64,000 nucleotides of DNA from the NCBI RefSeq assembly GCF_006345805.1, contig NC_043011.1:7812001-7876000 (forward strand), given 5' to 3'. Positions 39,021-51,700 of this stretch are shown one piece after another (positions within the stretch are counted from its first letter, which is position 1; each line of letters opens with the position of its first letter). The notes below the pieces were generated by a model that did not search any database, was not told the DNA's origin, and was given only the letters and a program-made list of their open reading frames with translations. The DNA comes from Octopus sinensis (lineage: Eukaryota). The translations under genes were made by a program, and so were the position numbers.

Positions 39021-39423
39021 TAAAAAAAACCTGTATTGGTCTGGTGCTACAAGTGCCACAAGCCCAGTAGTTATCAAAATGCAGGATTTGTATGGAATTA
39101 TCTTCTCTCCGAGAAGCAGATAAAGGTCTAAAGGACTTTGTCTACACTAGGGACTCTGAGAGGGTCTGCCAGTAACCTTTATCCAGAGGCAATCTCATGA
39201 CATGCTAGTTAACCCGTTAACTTAAAGAGCTGAGCCTTTTGCTGCTGTTTGTATCAGGTCAAGCAACTGAATAGAGGTGCCATCATTAGCTTTGTTGAAG
39301 GATGTTGGTCAGCGATGCCTTCCTTGCCAGGAGAACAACAGCCAAGTCATGGGACCAGCTGAGGGTAGAATGAATTCTTTGCTGTCAGTTCCTGTAGTAG
39401 TTAGCTATGCATATTGATATTCT

Positions 39424-39830
39424 TTACTCTTTACTCTTTTACTTGTTTCAGTCATTTGACTGTGGCCATGCTGGAGCACCGCCTTTAATCGAGCAAATCG
39501 ACCCCGGGACTTATTCTTTGTAAGCCCAGTACTTATTCTATCGGTCTCTTTTTGCCGAACCGCTAAGTGACGGGGACATAAACACACCAGCATCGGTTGT
39601 CAAGCAATACTAGGGGGGACAAACACAGACACACAAACACACACGCACATACATATAAATATACATATATACGACGGGCTTCTTTCAGTTTCCGTCTACC
39701 AAATCCACTCACAAGGCTTTGGTCAGCCCGAGGCTATAGTAGAAGACACTTGCCCAAGGTGCCACGCAGTGGGACTGAACCCGGAACCATGTGGTTGGTA
39801 AACAAGCTACTTACCACACAGCCACTCCTG
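39424..39830 (-). mobile_element. SINE family A
   Basis: Full copy. Confidence 0.9.
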
Positions 39831-40473
39831 CGGCTTTGTGGAAGAAATATGACTCAGTACAAAAGATAAAATGTTATTTCTGTCACCCGTTTTCCAGTTG
39901 TCCCTTATCTGTAACTATGGCAACTGGTATTTATCTATTTTATCCAAACATGAATATAGTTATATATCAGTAAAACAAGAATTTCTATTGATTGCTTGCT
40001 TGTGCATGTTTGTAATGGTTGGTAGAGTTTGACTTGGAATCATCATCATCATCATCATCATTTAATGTCCGCTTTCCATGCTAGCATGGGTTGGACGGTT
40101 CAACTGGGGTCTGGGAAGCCCAAAGGCTGCGCCAGGCCCAGTCTGATCTGGCAGTGTTTCTACAGCTGGATGCCCTTCCTAACGCCAACCACTCCGTGAG
40201 TGTAGTGAGTGCTTTTTATGTGCCACTGACACAGGTGCCAGGGGAGGCTGGCAACGGCCACGATCGGATGGTGTTTGTTACATGCCACCAGCACGGAGGC
40301 CAGTCGATGCGGTGCTGGCTACGGCCACGTTCGGATGGTTCTCTTATGTGCCACAACTACAAATTCCATTGATGTTGATCGATTTCGTTTTTGATTTGAT
40401 TTTTTGATTTTTTTGATTTTCACTTGCCTCAAATTTGTTATTTCTAAACACTTTAACCCTTTGGCATTTAAAC

Positions 40474-43400
40474 GAATTCAGACTGTTATCCGACTCCCTA
40501 CGAAAAATACGAAATACGAAAAATGAATCCAAGCTAAGCAATCTATATTTAATTTCAACCCGTGTACCTACTTAACTATCTGCAACTGATCTGATCTTTT
40601 AGTTAACCCAGTTTTATCTCTATTAGTATTATTGTTATGACTTGTGAAATTTAGCCTCACGCCTTGTGTCTTTTTTATATGTACATATAATTCTATAGTT
40701 CATCTTAATTATATATCGTTGTCTCATGTCTTGTGTTAAATATATATTTAATCTTAAAGCTTGCCCCTAATTTTATTTTATTTTATCGATCAGTCTCACG
40801 CCTCGTAGATATAGAATAAATGTATTTATAATTTATAGCTCCTTATCGTTCACGCTTCTCCCATAGATTAGGCAAAATTTAGGTATTTATAGCTACTAAT
40901 AACTATTTCTCTCCCAAGGAAGGAAGAATGGCTGCCGGCCGATTCTTGGCGGGCCACGACCCCCCCCCCCCTCGTTCCTCTTCAATTGTCTTATATCTCT
41001 TTCGATCGCCATCCGGCCCCCTTCTCCGCAACCCTATATGCATATAAACCAGCGACTGATTTTAACGGCCTCACTTGAATTCAGACTGTTATCCGACTCC
41101 CTACGAAAAATACGAAATACGAAAAATGAATCCAAGCTAAGCAATCTATATTTAATTTCAACCCGTGTACCTACTTAACTATCTGCAACTGATCTGATCT
41201 TTTAGTTAACCCTGTTTTATCTCTATTAGTATTATTGTTATGACTTGTGAAATTTAGCCTCACGCCTTGTGTCTTTTTTATATGTACATATAATTCTATA
41301 GTTCATCTTAATTTATATCGTTGTCTCATGTCTTGTGTTAAATATATATTTAATCTTAAAGCTTGCCCCTAATTTTATTTTATTTTATCGATCAGTCTCA
41401 CGCCTCGTAGATATAGAATAAATGTATTTATAATTTATAGCTCCTTATCGTTCACGCTTCTCCCATAGATTAGGCAAAATTTAGGTATTTATAGCTACTA
41501 ATAACTATTTCTCTCCTAAGAAAGGAATGGCTGCCGCCCGGTTTTCGCGGTGCACCCGCCCTCCCACCCCCACCACCGGTACAGGAAGTCCTAAATTTTC
41601 TCATCCTTGTCTCCCTTATACACTTCAAAGTCTTACGCCACCCCCACCTCCTTCCATAAAAGGTAGTGGTCAGTCATTGCAAGATATGTTTAGTGTTGTG
41701 TACGAGGTTGAACTTAAGTTCCATTGTTTGTCTATGAATACTGCCAAACGCGAGTTTTCTTTTCAGGTCCATGACGCTATTAGGACCAATACCACTTCCA
41801 CCCCCACCCCAGCCTCAGGGTTGGCACCCTCAACGTTGGCACACTGAAAGGCAGATCTGGCGAGATAGTTGAATTGCTTGAACGGAGGTGGGTTGATATA
41901 TGCTGCATTCAAGAAGTGAGGTGGAGAGGAGGTTCTGCTAGGTTCCTCACAGGCAAAGGACAGAGGTACAAGATTTTCTGGGCTGGGAATACTGACGGAG
42001 TCGGGGGTGTGGGCATGCTTATCGCCGAAAAATGGGTAGATAAGGTAATCGAGGTAGTCAGAGTAAGTGACAGAATAATTAAGATTAGATTAGTGCTCCA
42101 CCATAGTTTAGCAACTATTATATCGGCCTATGCCCCTCAGCCAGGGCTACCTGATGGACAGAAAGACTGTTTCTATGACACCCTACTGCAGACCACATCA
42201 TTGACGAACGACAGGGACCTTCTCTTTGTGGCTGGTGACTTCAATGGGCATGTTGGACGATGTGCTGGGGGCTTCCATGGCGTGCATGGAGGCTACGGTT
42301 ATGGTTCCCGCAACGAGGAGGGAACCAGGCTGCTGGAGTTCTGCGATGCGAATAGTCTTATGATTTGCAACACTAACTTCAGGAAACCGACAAGCCACCT
42401 GGTCACCTACCGATCGGGCCGGCATACTAGCCAATCGACTACATCCTTGCCAGAAAAAGGAAAGATGGCTGCTTATAAATGCCAAAACCTTCCCAGGTGA
42501 AGAATGCACCCCACAACATAGACTGGTAGTTAGTGACTTTAGGATCAGGACTAAGAGGGCGACTAGAAGACGACCAACATGGAGAAGAAGGGTCTGGAAG
42601 CTTAAAGACCCTGCGAATGGACAGAGATTTAGAGATATGTTATTTGAAGCCTTAGACGAAATGGAAGGGATATAGCTACGCATGGGGTAGAAGACAACTG
42701 GACGCTTCTGAGGGACAACCTGCTGAAAGCCGCTGACCAGATCTGTGGCTGGTGCAAAGTCCCCTTAAGACCCAAATAAAACTGGTGGTGGAACAATATT
42801 GTTGACAGGGCTATTAGACAAAAGAAACAGGCTTGGAAGGCCTGAAGAACGGTGGTAGCAGGGAAGTGTATCAGTCTGCCAGAAGGAAGCCAGGAGACAG
42901 GTCTATCTAGCCAGAGGGGAGGCAGATAAGGAAAAATTTGCCAATGTCCTGCGTCGTGAGGATGAAACTTGAGGTATTTCGTGTTGCAAGACAGTGTGGT
43001 GAGAGAGAATCGTGATGTGGTAGGAGAGAAATGTGTTCGCAAGGAGGACGGTTCACTTGCGCTTAATGAGGATGCAAAGAGAGAGGCTTGGAGACGCCAC
43101 TATGATAGGTTGCTGAATGAAGAAAATGAATGGGATAAAGAGAGTCTGCCGAATGTCGACCCAACAGAGGGACCAGCAATCCGAGTTAACAGTTCCTTAG
43201 TAGATAAGGCAATTAGAAGCATGAAAGCATGAAAACAGGGAAAGCCCCAGGCCCATCAGGAATTACTGCAGAGATGCTCAAAATATCTGGTGGTGTCGGC
43301 TATAGCTTAGTCACCCGTATAGTTAACCAGGTGATACACGAGGGGGTCATACCCAATGACTGGTGTAGCAGCATAATAGTCAACTGCTACAAAGTAAAGG

Positions 43401-46400
43401 CGACGCCCTAGAGACAAATAACTACAGGGGCATCAAGCTGCTGGATCAGGTAATGAAGGTTACGGAGAGGGTTATAGCCCAACTAATTAGAGAGAGAGTT
43501 AGCTTAGATGATATGCAGTTTGGGTTCGTGCCAGGGAAAAGTACTACTGATGCTATATTCCTGGTAAGACAGCTGCAGGAGAAATACCTAGCCAAGATAA
43601 GCCCTTGTACCTGGCTTTTGTTGACTTGGAGAAAGCCTTTGACAGGGTCCCCCGTCCCTTATCTGGTGGTCAATGAGGAAACTAGGGATAGAAGAATGGT
43701 TGGTGAGAGCTGTGGCAAGCCATGTACAGAGACGCTGCTAGTAAGGTGAGGTTGGCAACGAGTACAGTGAAGAATTCCGGGTAGAGGTTGGGGTCCACCA
43801 AGGTTCAGTCCTCAGTCCCCTCCTATTTATCATAGTCCTCCAGGCAATAACGGAGGAATTCAAGACAGGTTGCCCCTGGGAGCTCCTCTATGCTGATGAC
43901 CTTGCTCTAATTGCTGAGTCACTATCAGAACTGGAGGAGATGTTTCAGGTGTGGAAACAAGGATTAGAATCGAAGGGCCTTAGAATCAACCTAGCCAAAA
44001 CCAAAGTCCTAATAAGTAGAAGGTAGATCAATCACAAACGCCTTCAGGTAGATGGCCCTGCTCGATCTGTAAAAAAGGTGTAGGTAGAAACTCTATAAGA
44101 TGCACCAAGTGTAAGCTATGGACACATAAGAGGTGCAGCAATGTCAAAGGAAGGCTAACTAGAAAAATAGTTTTTGTCTGTGGCAAATGCTCAGGAGCAA
44201 TAAACACTGGAAATGTGCAGAGACCAACTTCTGCCACGTTCCAGGGAGACAAACTAGAAGTAGTTGATAGCTTCCGTTACCTAGGTGACCAAGTCAGTAG
44301 CAGGGGTGGATGTATTGAAAGTGTAACTGCTAGAGTAAGAATAGCCTGGGCAAAGTTTAGAGAGCTCTTACCCCTGCTGGTGACAAAAGGCCTCTCGCTC
44401 AGAGTAAAAGGCAGACTGTATGATGCATGTGTACGTACAGCCATGCTACATGGTAGTGAAACATGGGCCGTGACTGCTGAGGATATGCGTAAGCTCGCAA
44501 GAAATGAAGCCAGTATGCTCCGATGGATGTGTAATGTCAGTGTTCATACTCGACAGAGTGTAAGTACCTTGAGAGAAAAGTTGGACCTAAGAAGCATCAG
44601 TTGTGGCGTGCAAGAGAGACGGCTGCGATGGTATGGTCATGTGACGAGAAAGGCTGAAGATAGTTGTGTGCAAAAGTGCTACACCCTAGCAGTTGAGGGA
44701 ACCTGTGGAAGAGGTAGACCCAGGAAAACCTGGGACGAGGTGGTGAAGCACGACCTTCGAACTTTAGGTCTCACTAAGAAAATGTCTAGAGACCGAGACC
44801 TATGGAAGTATGCTGTGCGTGAGAAGACCCGGCAAGACTAGTCAGGCCATAACCCGTGGCCCACCTGGGACGTAGTCAGTCCTGTGCATACCTTCCTTCT
44901 TGTGACACTTATGAAGACCTGTTGAGGCAAGTGAAAATCAAATCAAATCAAAACAAATCAAAATAGATGAACATCAGTGGAATTGTATTCTTTGTGGTAC
45001 CAGTGCCGGTGGCACACAAGAAAACCATCCAAACGTGGCCGTAGCCAGTACCGCATCGACTGGCCTCCGTGCTGTGGGCACAACAAACACCATCCGATCG
45101 TGGCCGTTCGCCAGCCTCATCTGGCACCTGTGCCGGTGGCACATAAAGACACCATCCGAAGACCCGGCGACGTAGTCAGTCCACCTGTGCATACCTTCCC
45201 TCTTATGACACTTGTGAAGACCTGTTGAGGCAAGTGTGTGACACTTGTGAAGACCTGTTGAGGCAGAGGCAAGTGTGTGACACTTGTGGAGACTGTTGAG
45301 GCAAGTGTGTAACCCTTGTGAAGACCTGTTGAGGCAAGTGAAAATCAAACCAAATCAAAATAGATGAATATCAATGGAATTTGTATCTTTGTGGTTCCAG
45401 TACCGGTGGCACACAAGAAAACCATCCGAACGTGGCCGTAGCCAGTACCGCATCGACTGGCCTCCGTGCTGTGGGCACAACAAACACCATCTGATCGTGG
45501 CCGTTCGCCAGCCTCACCTGGCACCTGTGTCGGTGGCACATAAAAACACCATCCAAAGACCCGGCGACGTAGTCAGTCCACCTGTGCATACCTTCCCTCT
45601 TATGACACTTGTGAAGACCTGTTGAGGCAGAGGCAAGTGTGTGACACTTGTGAAGACCTGTTGAGGCAGAGGCAAGTGTGTGACACTTGTGGAGACCTGT
45701 TGAGGCAAGTGTGTGACACGTGTGACACTTGTGAAGACCTGTTGAGGCAAGTGAAAATCAAACCAAATCAAAATAGATGAACATCAATGGAATTTGTATC
45801 TTTGTGGTTCCAGTACCGGTGGCACACAAGAAAACCATCCGATCGTGGCCGTTCGCCAGCCACATCTGGCACCTGTGTCGGTGGCACATAAAGACACCAT
45901 CCGAAGACCCGGCGACGTAGTCAGTCCACCTGTGCATACCTTCCTACTTATGACACTTGTGAAGACCTGTTGAGGCAAGTGAAAATCAAAATCAAATCAA
46001 ATCAAATCAAAACCAAATCAAAATAGATGAACATCAATGGAATTTGTATCTTTGTGGTACCAGTACCGGTGGCACACAAGAAAACCATCCGAACGTGGCC
46101 GTAGCCAGTACCGCATCGACTGGCCTCTGTGATGTGGGCACATAACAAACACCATCCGATCGTGGCCGTCCGCCAGCCTCATCTGGCACCTGTGTCGGTG
46201 GCACATAAAAACACCAACCGAAGACCCGCAAGACTAGTCAGGCCATAACCCGTGGCCCCTACTTGGACGTAGTCAGTCCACCTGTGCATACCTTCCTTCC
46301 TTCTTGTGACACTTGTGAAGACCTGTTGAGGCAAGTGAAAATCAAATCAAATCAAATCAAATCAAAATAGATGAACATCAATGGAATTTGTATCGTTGTG

Positions 46401-47254
46401 GTACCAGTGCCGGTGGCACACAAGAAAACCATCCGAACGTGGCAGTAGCCAGTACCGCATCGACTGGCCCCGTGCTGTGGGCACGCAACAAACACCATCC
46501 GATCGTGGCCGTTCGCCAGCCTCATCTGGCACCTGTGTCGGTGGCACATAAAAACACCATCCGAAGACCCGGCAAGACTAGTCAGGCCATAACCCGTGGC
46601 CCCTACCTGGGACGTAGTCAGTCCACCTGTGCATACCTTCCTTCTTGTGACACTTGTGAAGACCTGTTGAGGCAAGTGAAAATCAAATCAAATCAAAACA
46701 AATCAAAATAGATGAACATAAATGGAATTTGTATCTTTGTGGTACCAGTGCCGGTGGCACACAAGAAAATCATCCGAACGTGGCCGTAGCCAGTACCGCA
46801 TAGACTGGCCTCCGTGCTTTGGGGACGTAACAAACACCATCCGATCGTGGCCGTCCGCCAGCCTCGTCTGGCACCTGTGTCGTGGCACATAAAAACACCA
46901 TCCGAGCGTGGCCGTCTGCCAGCCTCGTCTGGCACCTGTGTCGGTGGCACATAAAAACACCATCCGAGCGTGGCCGTCTGCCAGCCTCGTCTGGCACCTG
47001 TGTCGGGGGCACATAAAAACACCATCCGAGCGTGGCCGTTCGCCAGCCTCGTCTGGCACCTGTGTCGGTGGCACATAAAATCACCCACTACACTCTCGGA
47101 GTGGTTGGCGTTAGGAAGAGCATCCAGCTGTAGAAACACTGCCAGATCTGACTGGCCTGATGCAGCCTTCGGGCTCCCCAGACCCCAGTTGAACCGTCCA
47201 ACCCATGCTAGCATGGAAAGCGGACGCTAAATGATGATGATGATGATGATGATG
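40474..47254 (+). mobile_element. Near full-length RTE-clade LINE in ADAM17 intron 4 (sense), including 5' direct repeats and an expanded 3' UTR
   Basis: APE endonuclease (LRVGTLNVGT, CIQEVRW, SAYAP, GDFNGHVG), RT (QFGF.PGKSTTDAIF, QGSVLSPLLF, YADD), (GAT)n tail; both ends interrupt one TTAA-type MITE. Confidence 0.9.
41527..44841 (+). pseudogene. RTE APE-RT ORF, frameshifted as assembled
   Basis: ORF pieces 41874-42500, 42969-43232, 43229-43411, 43453-43749 and 44215-44841 tile one APE-RT protein across about ten frameshifts. Confidence 0.9.
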
Positions 47255-47280
47255 AAACCTGGCCCAAATGTTCTACACAT

Positions 47281-47512
47281 TTAACCCTTTTTGTACCAAC
47301 CCAGCTGAAACTGCATCTGGCTCTGTAATACACATGTCTTGTTTTCATAAGTTTTGATTTACCATCTTCCCCCAAACCTTAGTCACAATTTATGTTCCTA
47401 ACACATGTTGAATGATAACTAAGTTATTTTACTAAATTCTTTGTTATATTTAAAATTAATTGAAAGAAACACAGAGCATTTCAACAGAAATATGATAGCG
47501 AAAGGGTTTTAA
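47281..47512. mobile_element. TTAA-type (piggyBac-like) MITE nested in another TTAA MITE
   Basis: TTAACCCTTT...AAAGGGTT(TT)AA; host MITE pieces at 40453-40473, 47255-47280 and 47513-47685; relatives at 57100-57296 and 57647-57850. Confidence 0.7.
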
Positions 47513-48182
47513 TGTTCAAACTAGCCACATCCAGCCACTCACACCTACCTTATAGTGTCATTCTAGTAATAAGCCACCACACCATTGAAATCTCAAAGCC
47601 ATGAGATAATGCATGGTTTACTCAAAACAATTTGAATAAATAAGGATCACATTTGACAGAATAATCTGATTGCTTAAGGGTTCAATACTGATCTGGGTTT
47701 CAAAAGTGGGAGTGAATAAAGACAGTAAAAAATGTTTCCAATGGTTACTGTTTTTTTTTATTTTGTGTGTGTCAGTAGGGAGATCACTGCTTATGACCCT
47801 TTACTGGGCCTCTTAGACTTGGGGAAGGGAGAGAAATTACTCAAAGCAAAGGTTTAAATTTTAATTGCTCGTTAGCCTTTTAAAAATAAATTAATAGATT
47901 GTAATTTGACCCTTTTTGTTTGCTTTTTGAAAATATTACTGGGGTCTTTATTAATCCTGTTGGCAAGGGACCTACAAAGTCTCTATCCACCTCAGGTGTG
48001 TGTATGTGCATGTGCGCACATGTATGAGTGCATGTATGCATGTGTATGTGTGTGTGTGTGTGTGTATGTGCGCACATGTATGAGTGCATGTATGCATGTG
48101 TGTGTGTGTGTGCAGTGGTGCCTTCAGTGCCCTGTTGCTGACTTTTTAATATTTTAATTTTGTCTCCCACTATTCTCTCCAG

Positions 48183-48280
48183 CCCTCTTGGCGCCATCTC
48201 CCCAACAGCAAGAACCACACTATGATCATTTACAAAGGCTCAGATGTTGTCAGTTTCTACAACAAGACAGGACATGGAAA
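48183..48280 (+). CDS. ADAM17: ADAM17-like exon 5 (prodomain)
   Basis: ctctccag|; PSWRHLPNSKNHTMIIYKGSDVVSFYNKTGHG, like ADAM17 PLWRF...RMLVYKSEDI; AA|GTAAGT; 98 nt, phase 0 to 2. Confidence 0.93.
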
Positions 48281-49259
48281 GTAAGTTGCCTCTTCTTCTT
48301 CTTCTCCCCCCCTTCTTAACTTCCAAAAATTGCCGATTATTTTCAAGAACAGAGAAACAGGAAAAACTAGCTGAGGAAAAGGATTGGTTCCACTTGACAA
48401 GAACATACTCGCCTCATGTTGTCTAGTGGTTCCCAGACTTTTTGGGGCTGCCACCCCCTTGGCACCTGGGCCACATTCCTAGCGCCTCCGCCCCAGCTAA
48501 CCCTCACAAACATTGACCTCTTTCTAAAACAAATTCAAACCAACTGCATTTCACAAACAAAAATTTAACCTAATCAATCCATTATTTTGATGTTTTTACA
48601 TGAATCGGCCCCTTTTCATTATACTGGTGGCTGTGGTGAAAGACTGTATGGTGGGCTCATTTGAAAGGTTTAGAGACAAATACTTTCCTCTCAGGCCAAC
48701 CTCCCATCAACTTTTTCAAGTATCACTTGAAAAAGAAGATGAGAATAGAAAGGGAAGTTTTGTCTAATGAAAAGGTGGGTGAATGTGGCAAGGATGGTAT
48801 GCATAAATGATGGAACCACCTTGAGCATGGTCTTATAAAACAAAGAGAGAAAGAGTGCTTTGCTCTCGTGTTGTGTTTTTTTTTTTTCGTTTTTTAGGTT
48901 ACCGTGGTTCTTTTTTATAGGTTTTTCTTTCCACGGATAAACCTAGTCAGTGTTATATTTACTCCCCCTTTTGGGAACTCTAATTTTTAAAAACCGACAC
49001 TTTTGTTAGTTCCTTGTGTACACGTCCCAAAACGTTTTCAATCCCTTTTGATCATTTTCGAAAATAATAAATTCTACATTGTATTGCCCCCTCTGTGCTC
49101 GGCCCTGCGGGGCTAATAAAAAAATCTATCACCCCACTTTTCTTCAACGACCCCTTGGAACCTTCCACCACCCCTGGGGGAAGAGTACCGCTCACTTAGG
49201 GAACCATTGGTTTAGATTCACCTTCGGTCTGGATTCACCTTTGTAAATAGCATTTTTAT

Positions 49260-50165
49260 TATTAAGGCTTTAGGCTGGCGGTATCATTAGCATGTTGGGC
49301 AAAATGCTTTGCAGCATTTTTTTCAGTGTTATATTCTGAGTTCAAATCCTGCTATGGTCAGTCAACTCTGCCTTTCATCCCTTTTCACTTGATAAGTACC
49401 TATTTCTTTATTACCCACAAGGGGCTAAACACAGAGGGGACAAACAAGGACAGACATAGGTATTAAGTCGATTACATCGACCCCAGTGCATAACTGGTAC
49501 TTAATTTATCAACCCCGGAAGGATGAAAGGCAAAGTCGACCTCGGCGGAATTTGAACTCACAACGTAACGGCAGGTACTTGATAAGTACCTGTTGAGCAT
49601 CAGGATTGATGTAATTGACTACACCCTCCCCCCAAATTTCAGGCTTTGCACCCATAGTAGCAAGGGTCCTTATTCTCATTATTAAGGTTTGTCTAAGGTG
49701 GCAAGCTGGCAGAATCATTAGCATGCGGACAAAATGCTGAGTGGCATTTCATCCATTTTCATGGTGTGAGTTCAGATTCCACTGGGGTTGACTTTGCCTT
49801 TCATCCTTTCGGGGTCAATAAATTAAGTACCAGTAAAACACTGGGATTGGTATAATCTTCTAGCGCCTCCCCCAAAATTTCAAGTTTTGTGCCTTTAGTA
49901 GAAAGGATTATTATTATTATCATCATCATCATCATCATCATTATTATTCAGGTGGCAAGTTGGCAGAATCGTTAGCATGCTGGGCTAAAAATGCTTGGCT
50001 GTGTTTCGTCCGTCTTTATGATCTGAGTTCAAATTCAGCTGAGGTCGACTTTGCTTTTCATTTTTTGGGGGTTGGTAAATTAAGCACCAGCTGAGAACTT
50101 AGGTTGATATAATCAACTACCCCGCCTGCCCCAAAATTTCAGGCCTTATGTCTTTAGTAGAGAGG
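49260..50165. mobile_element. Cluster of about five family-B SINE copies in both orientations
   Basis: 49260-49400 (+), 49400-49575 (-), 49575-49660 (+ tail), 49695-49910 (+), 49950-50165 (+). Confidence 0.8.
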
Positions 50166-50183
50166 TTTATTATTATTATTATT

Positions 50184-51280
50184 CAGTAGTTCTGTTTTTA
50201 TATCATGCTTTCACTTCACTACCGAGCGCAGCTCTGTGTGCCTTGGGTATGTGCTGTGATTTGTTGTGATGTTCTGATGGTTCCTGTATGGAAAGTGTTC
50301 TACGTAGGATGTGTGCAGTGCCCAGTAGTGCAATCTTCTCTATGTTATATATGTTTGTAAGTCCTGGTGTTTTTGTTATGTATTTGTCTGAATATTTTTT
50401 AATCATGCCTAATGCACCTACTATGATAGGAATTGTTTCTGTTTTCAGATTCTACATTCTAGTTACCTCTATTTCCAGGTCTTTGTATTTTGAGAGTTTC
50501 TCCATTTCTTTTAGAGACACGTTGTCATCAGCCGGTATTGATACATCAATTAGAAAGCATTTTTTTCTTCATGGTCTCTGACAACTATATCTGGTCTGTT
50601 GGCCTTATTTCTTTATCTGTGTGTATCGGCATATCCCAGAGTATGGTTGCTTTCTCGTTTTCTGTGACCTTTTCTGGTGTGTGCCTATACCATCTTTTTT
50701 CTGTTGTTATTCCATAATGTTGGCATAGCTTCCAGTGTATGTAGGTTCCAACTCTGTCATGTCTGTGAATATATTCCTTCTTAGCCAGGACTGGGCAGCC
50801 AGAGATAATATGATTTATTGTTTCTTGTCCATCTCCACATATTCTGCAGTTACTTGTTATATTTCTTTTCATTACATGTATTTGGTAATTTCTGGTGGGG
50901 AGGCTTTGGTCTTGTGCTGCAATTAAAAATCCCTCTGTCTCTGCTTTGAGTCCTGAGCTTTTCAACCATTGCTGGGATTTTTCTTTGTCTATTTCTTTTG
51001 CGTTTAGTTAAGTCCAGTATTTGCCATGAAGGGGCTTTTCTTGCCATCGTTTTATCATGGCTCGTTGCTGTTCTATTTTTAGTTTGGATTTCATTTGTTT
51101 TATAACTTTTGTTGTTTCTTCATCTTCTTCTTCTTCTTCTTCTTCTTCTTCTTCTTCTTCTCCTTCTTCATATTTATTATGGGGTATGATTTCTTGTTTG
51201 AATTTGTCAGCTTCCTTAAATACTGAGAACAGTTTTTGTTTTGCTTGTGTTTTGCGGCTATTTGTATCAGTTTTACTTAT
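50184..51280 (-). mobile_element. 5'-truncated RLE-type non-LTR retrotransposon (R4/Dong-like)
   Basis: CRICGDGQETINHIISGC zinc knuckle, RHD, RPD...IDVSIP...K endonuclease, IPIIVGALG, KIALLGTAHILRRTL; 3' end abuts (TTA)n. Confidence 0.85.
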
Positions 51281-51284
51281 TCTC

Positions 51285-51488
51285 TCTCTCTTTTACTCTT
51301 TTCAGTCATTTGACTGCGGCCATGCTGGAGCACTGCCTTTAGTCGAGCAAATCGACCCCGGGACTTATTCTTTGTAAGCCCAGTACTTATTCTGTCGGTC
51401 TCTTTTGCCGAACCGCTAAGTGACTGGGACGTAAACACACCAGTATCGGTTGTCAAGCAATGCTAGGGGGACAAACACAGACACACAA

Positions 51489-51533
<45 letters not shown>

Positions 51534-51700
51534 TACGACAGGCTTCTTTCAGTTTCTGTCTACCAAATCCACTCACAAGGCATTGGTCAGCCCGGGGCTA
51601 TAGCAGAAGACACTTGCCCAAGATGCCACGCAGTGGGACTGAACCCGGAACCATGTGGTTGGTTAGCAAGCTACTTACCACACAGCCACTCCTGCGCCTA
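51285..51700 (-). mobile_element. SINE family A
   Basis: Full copy at the 5' side of the Dong-like fragment. Confidence 0.9.

Noticed and set aside
37600-39277. Two 19-nt microexon-like units (cag|GTCAAGCAACTG...GAG|GT) at 37600 and about 39258
   Set aside because: Both are part of an old dispersed repeat with relatives near 6600, 15130 and 26100; exons 4 and 5 already join in frame.
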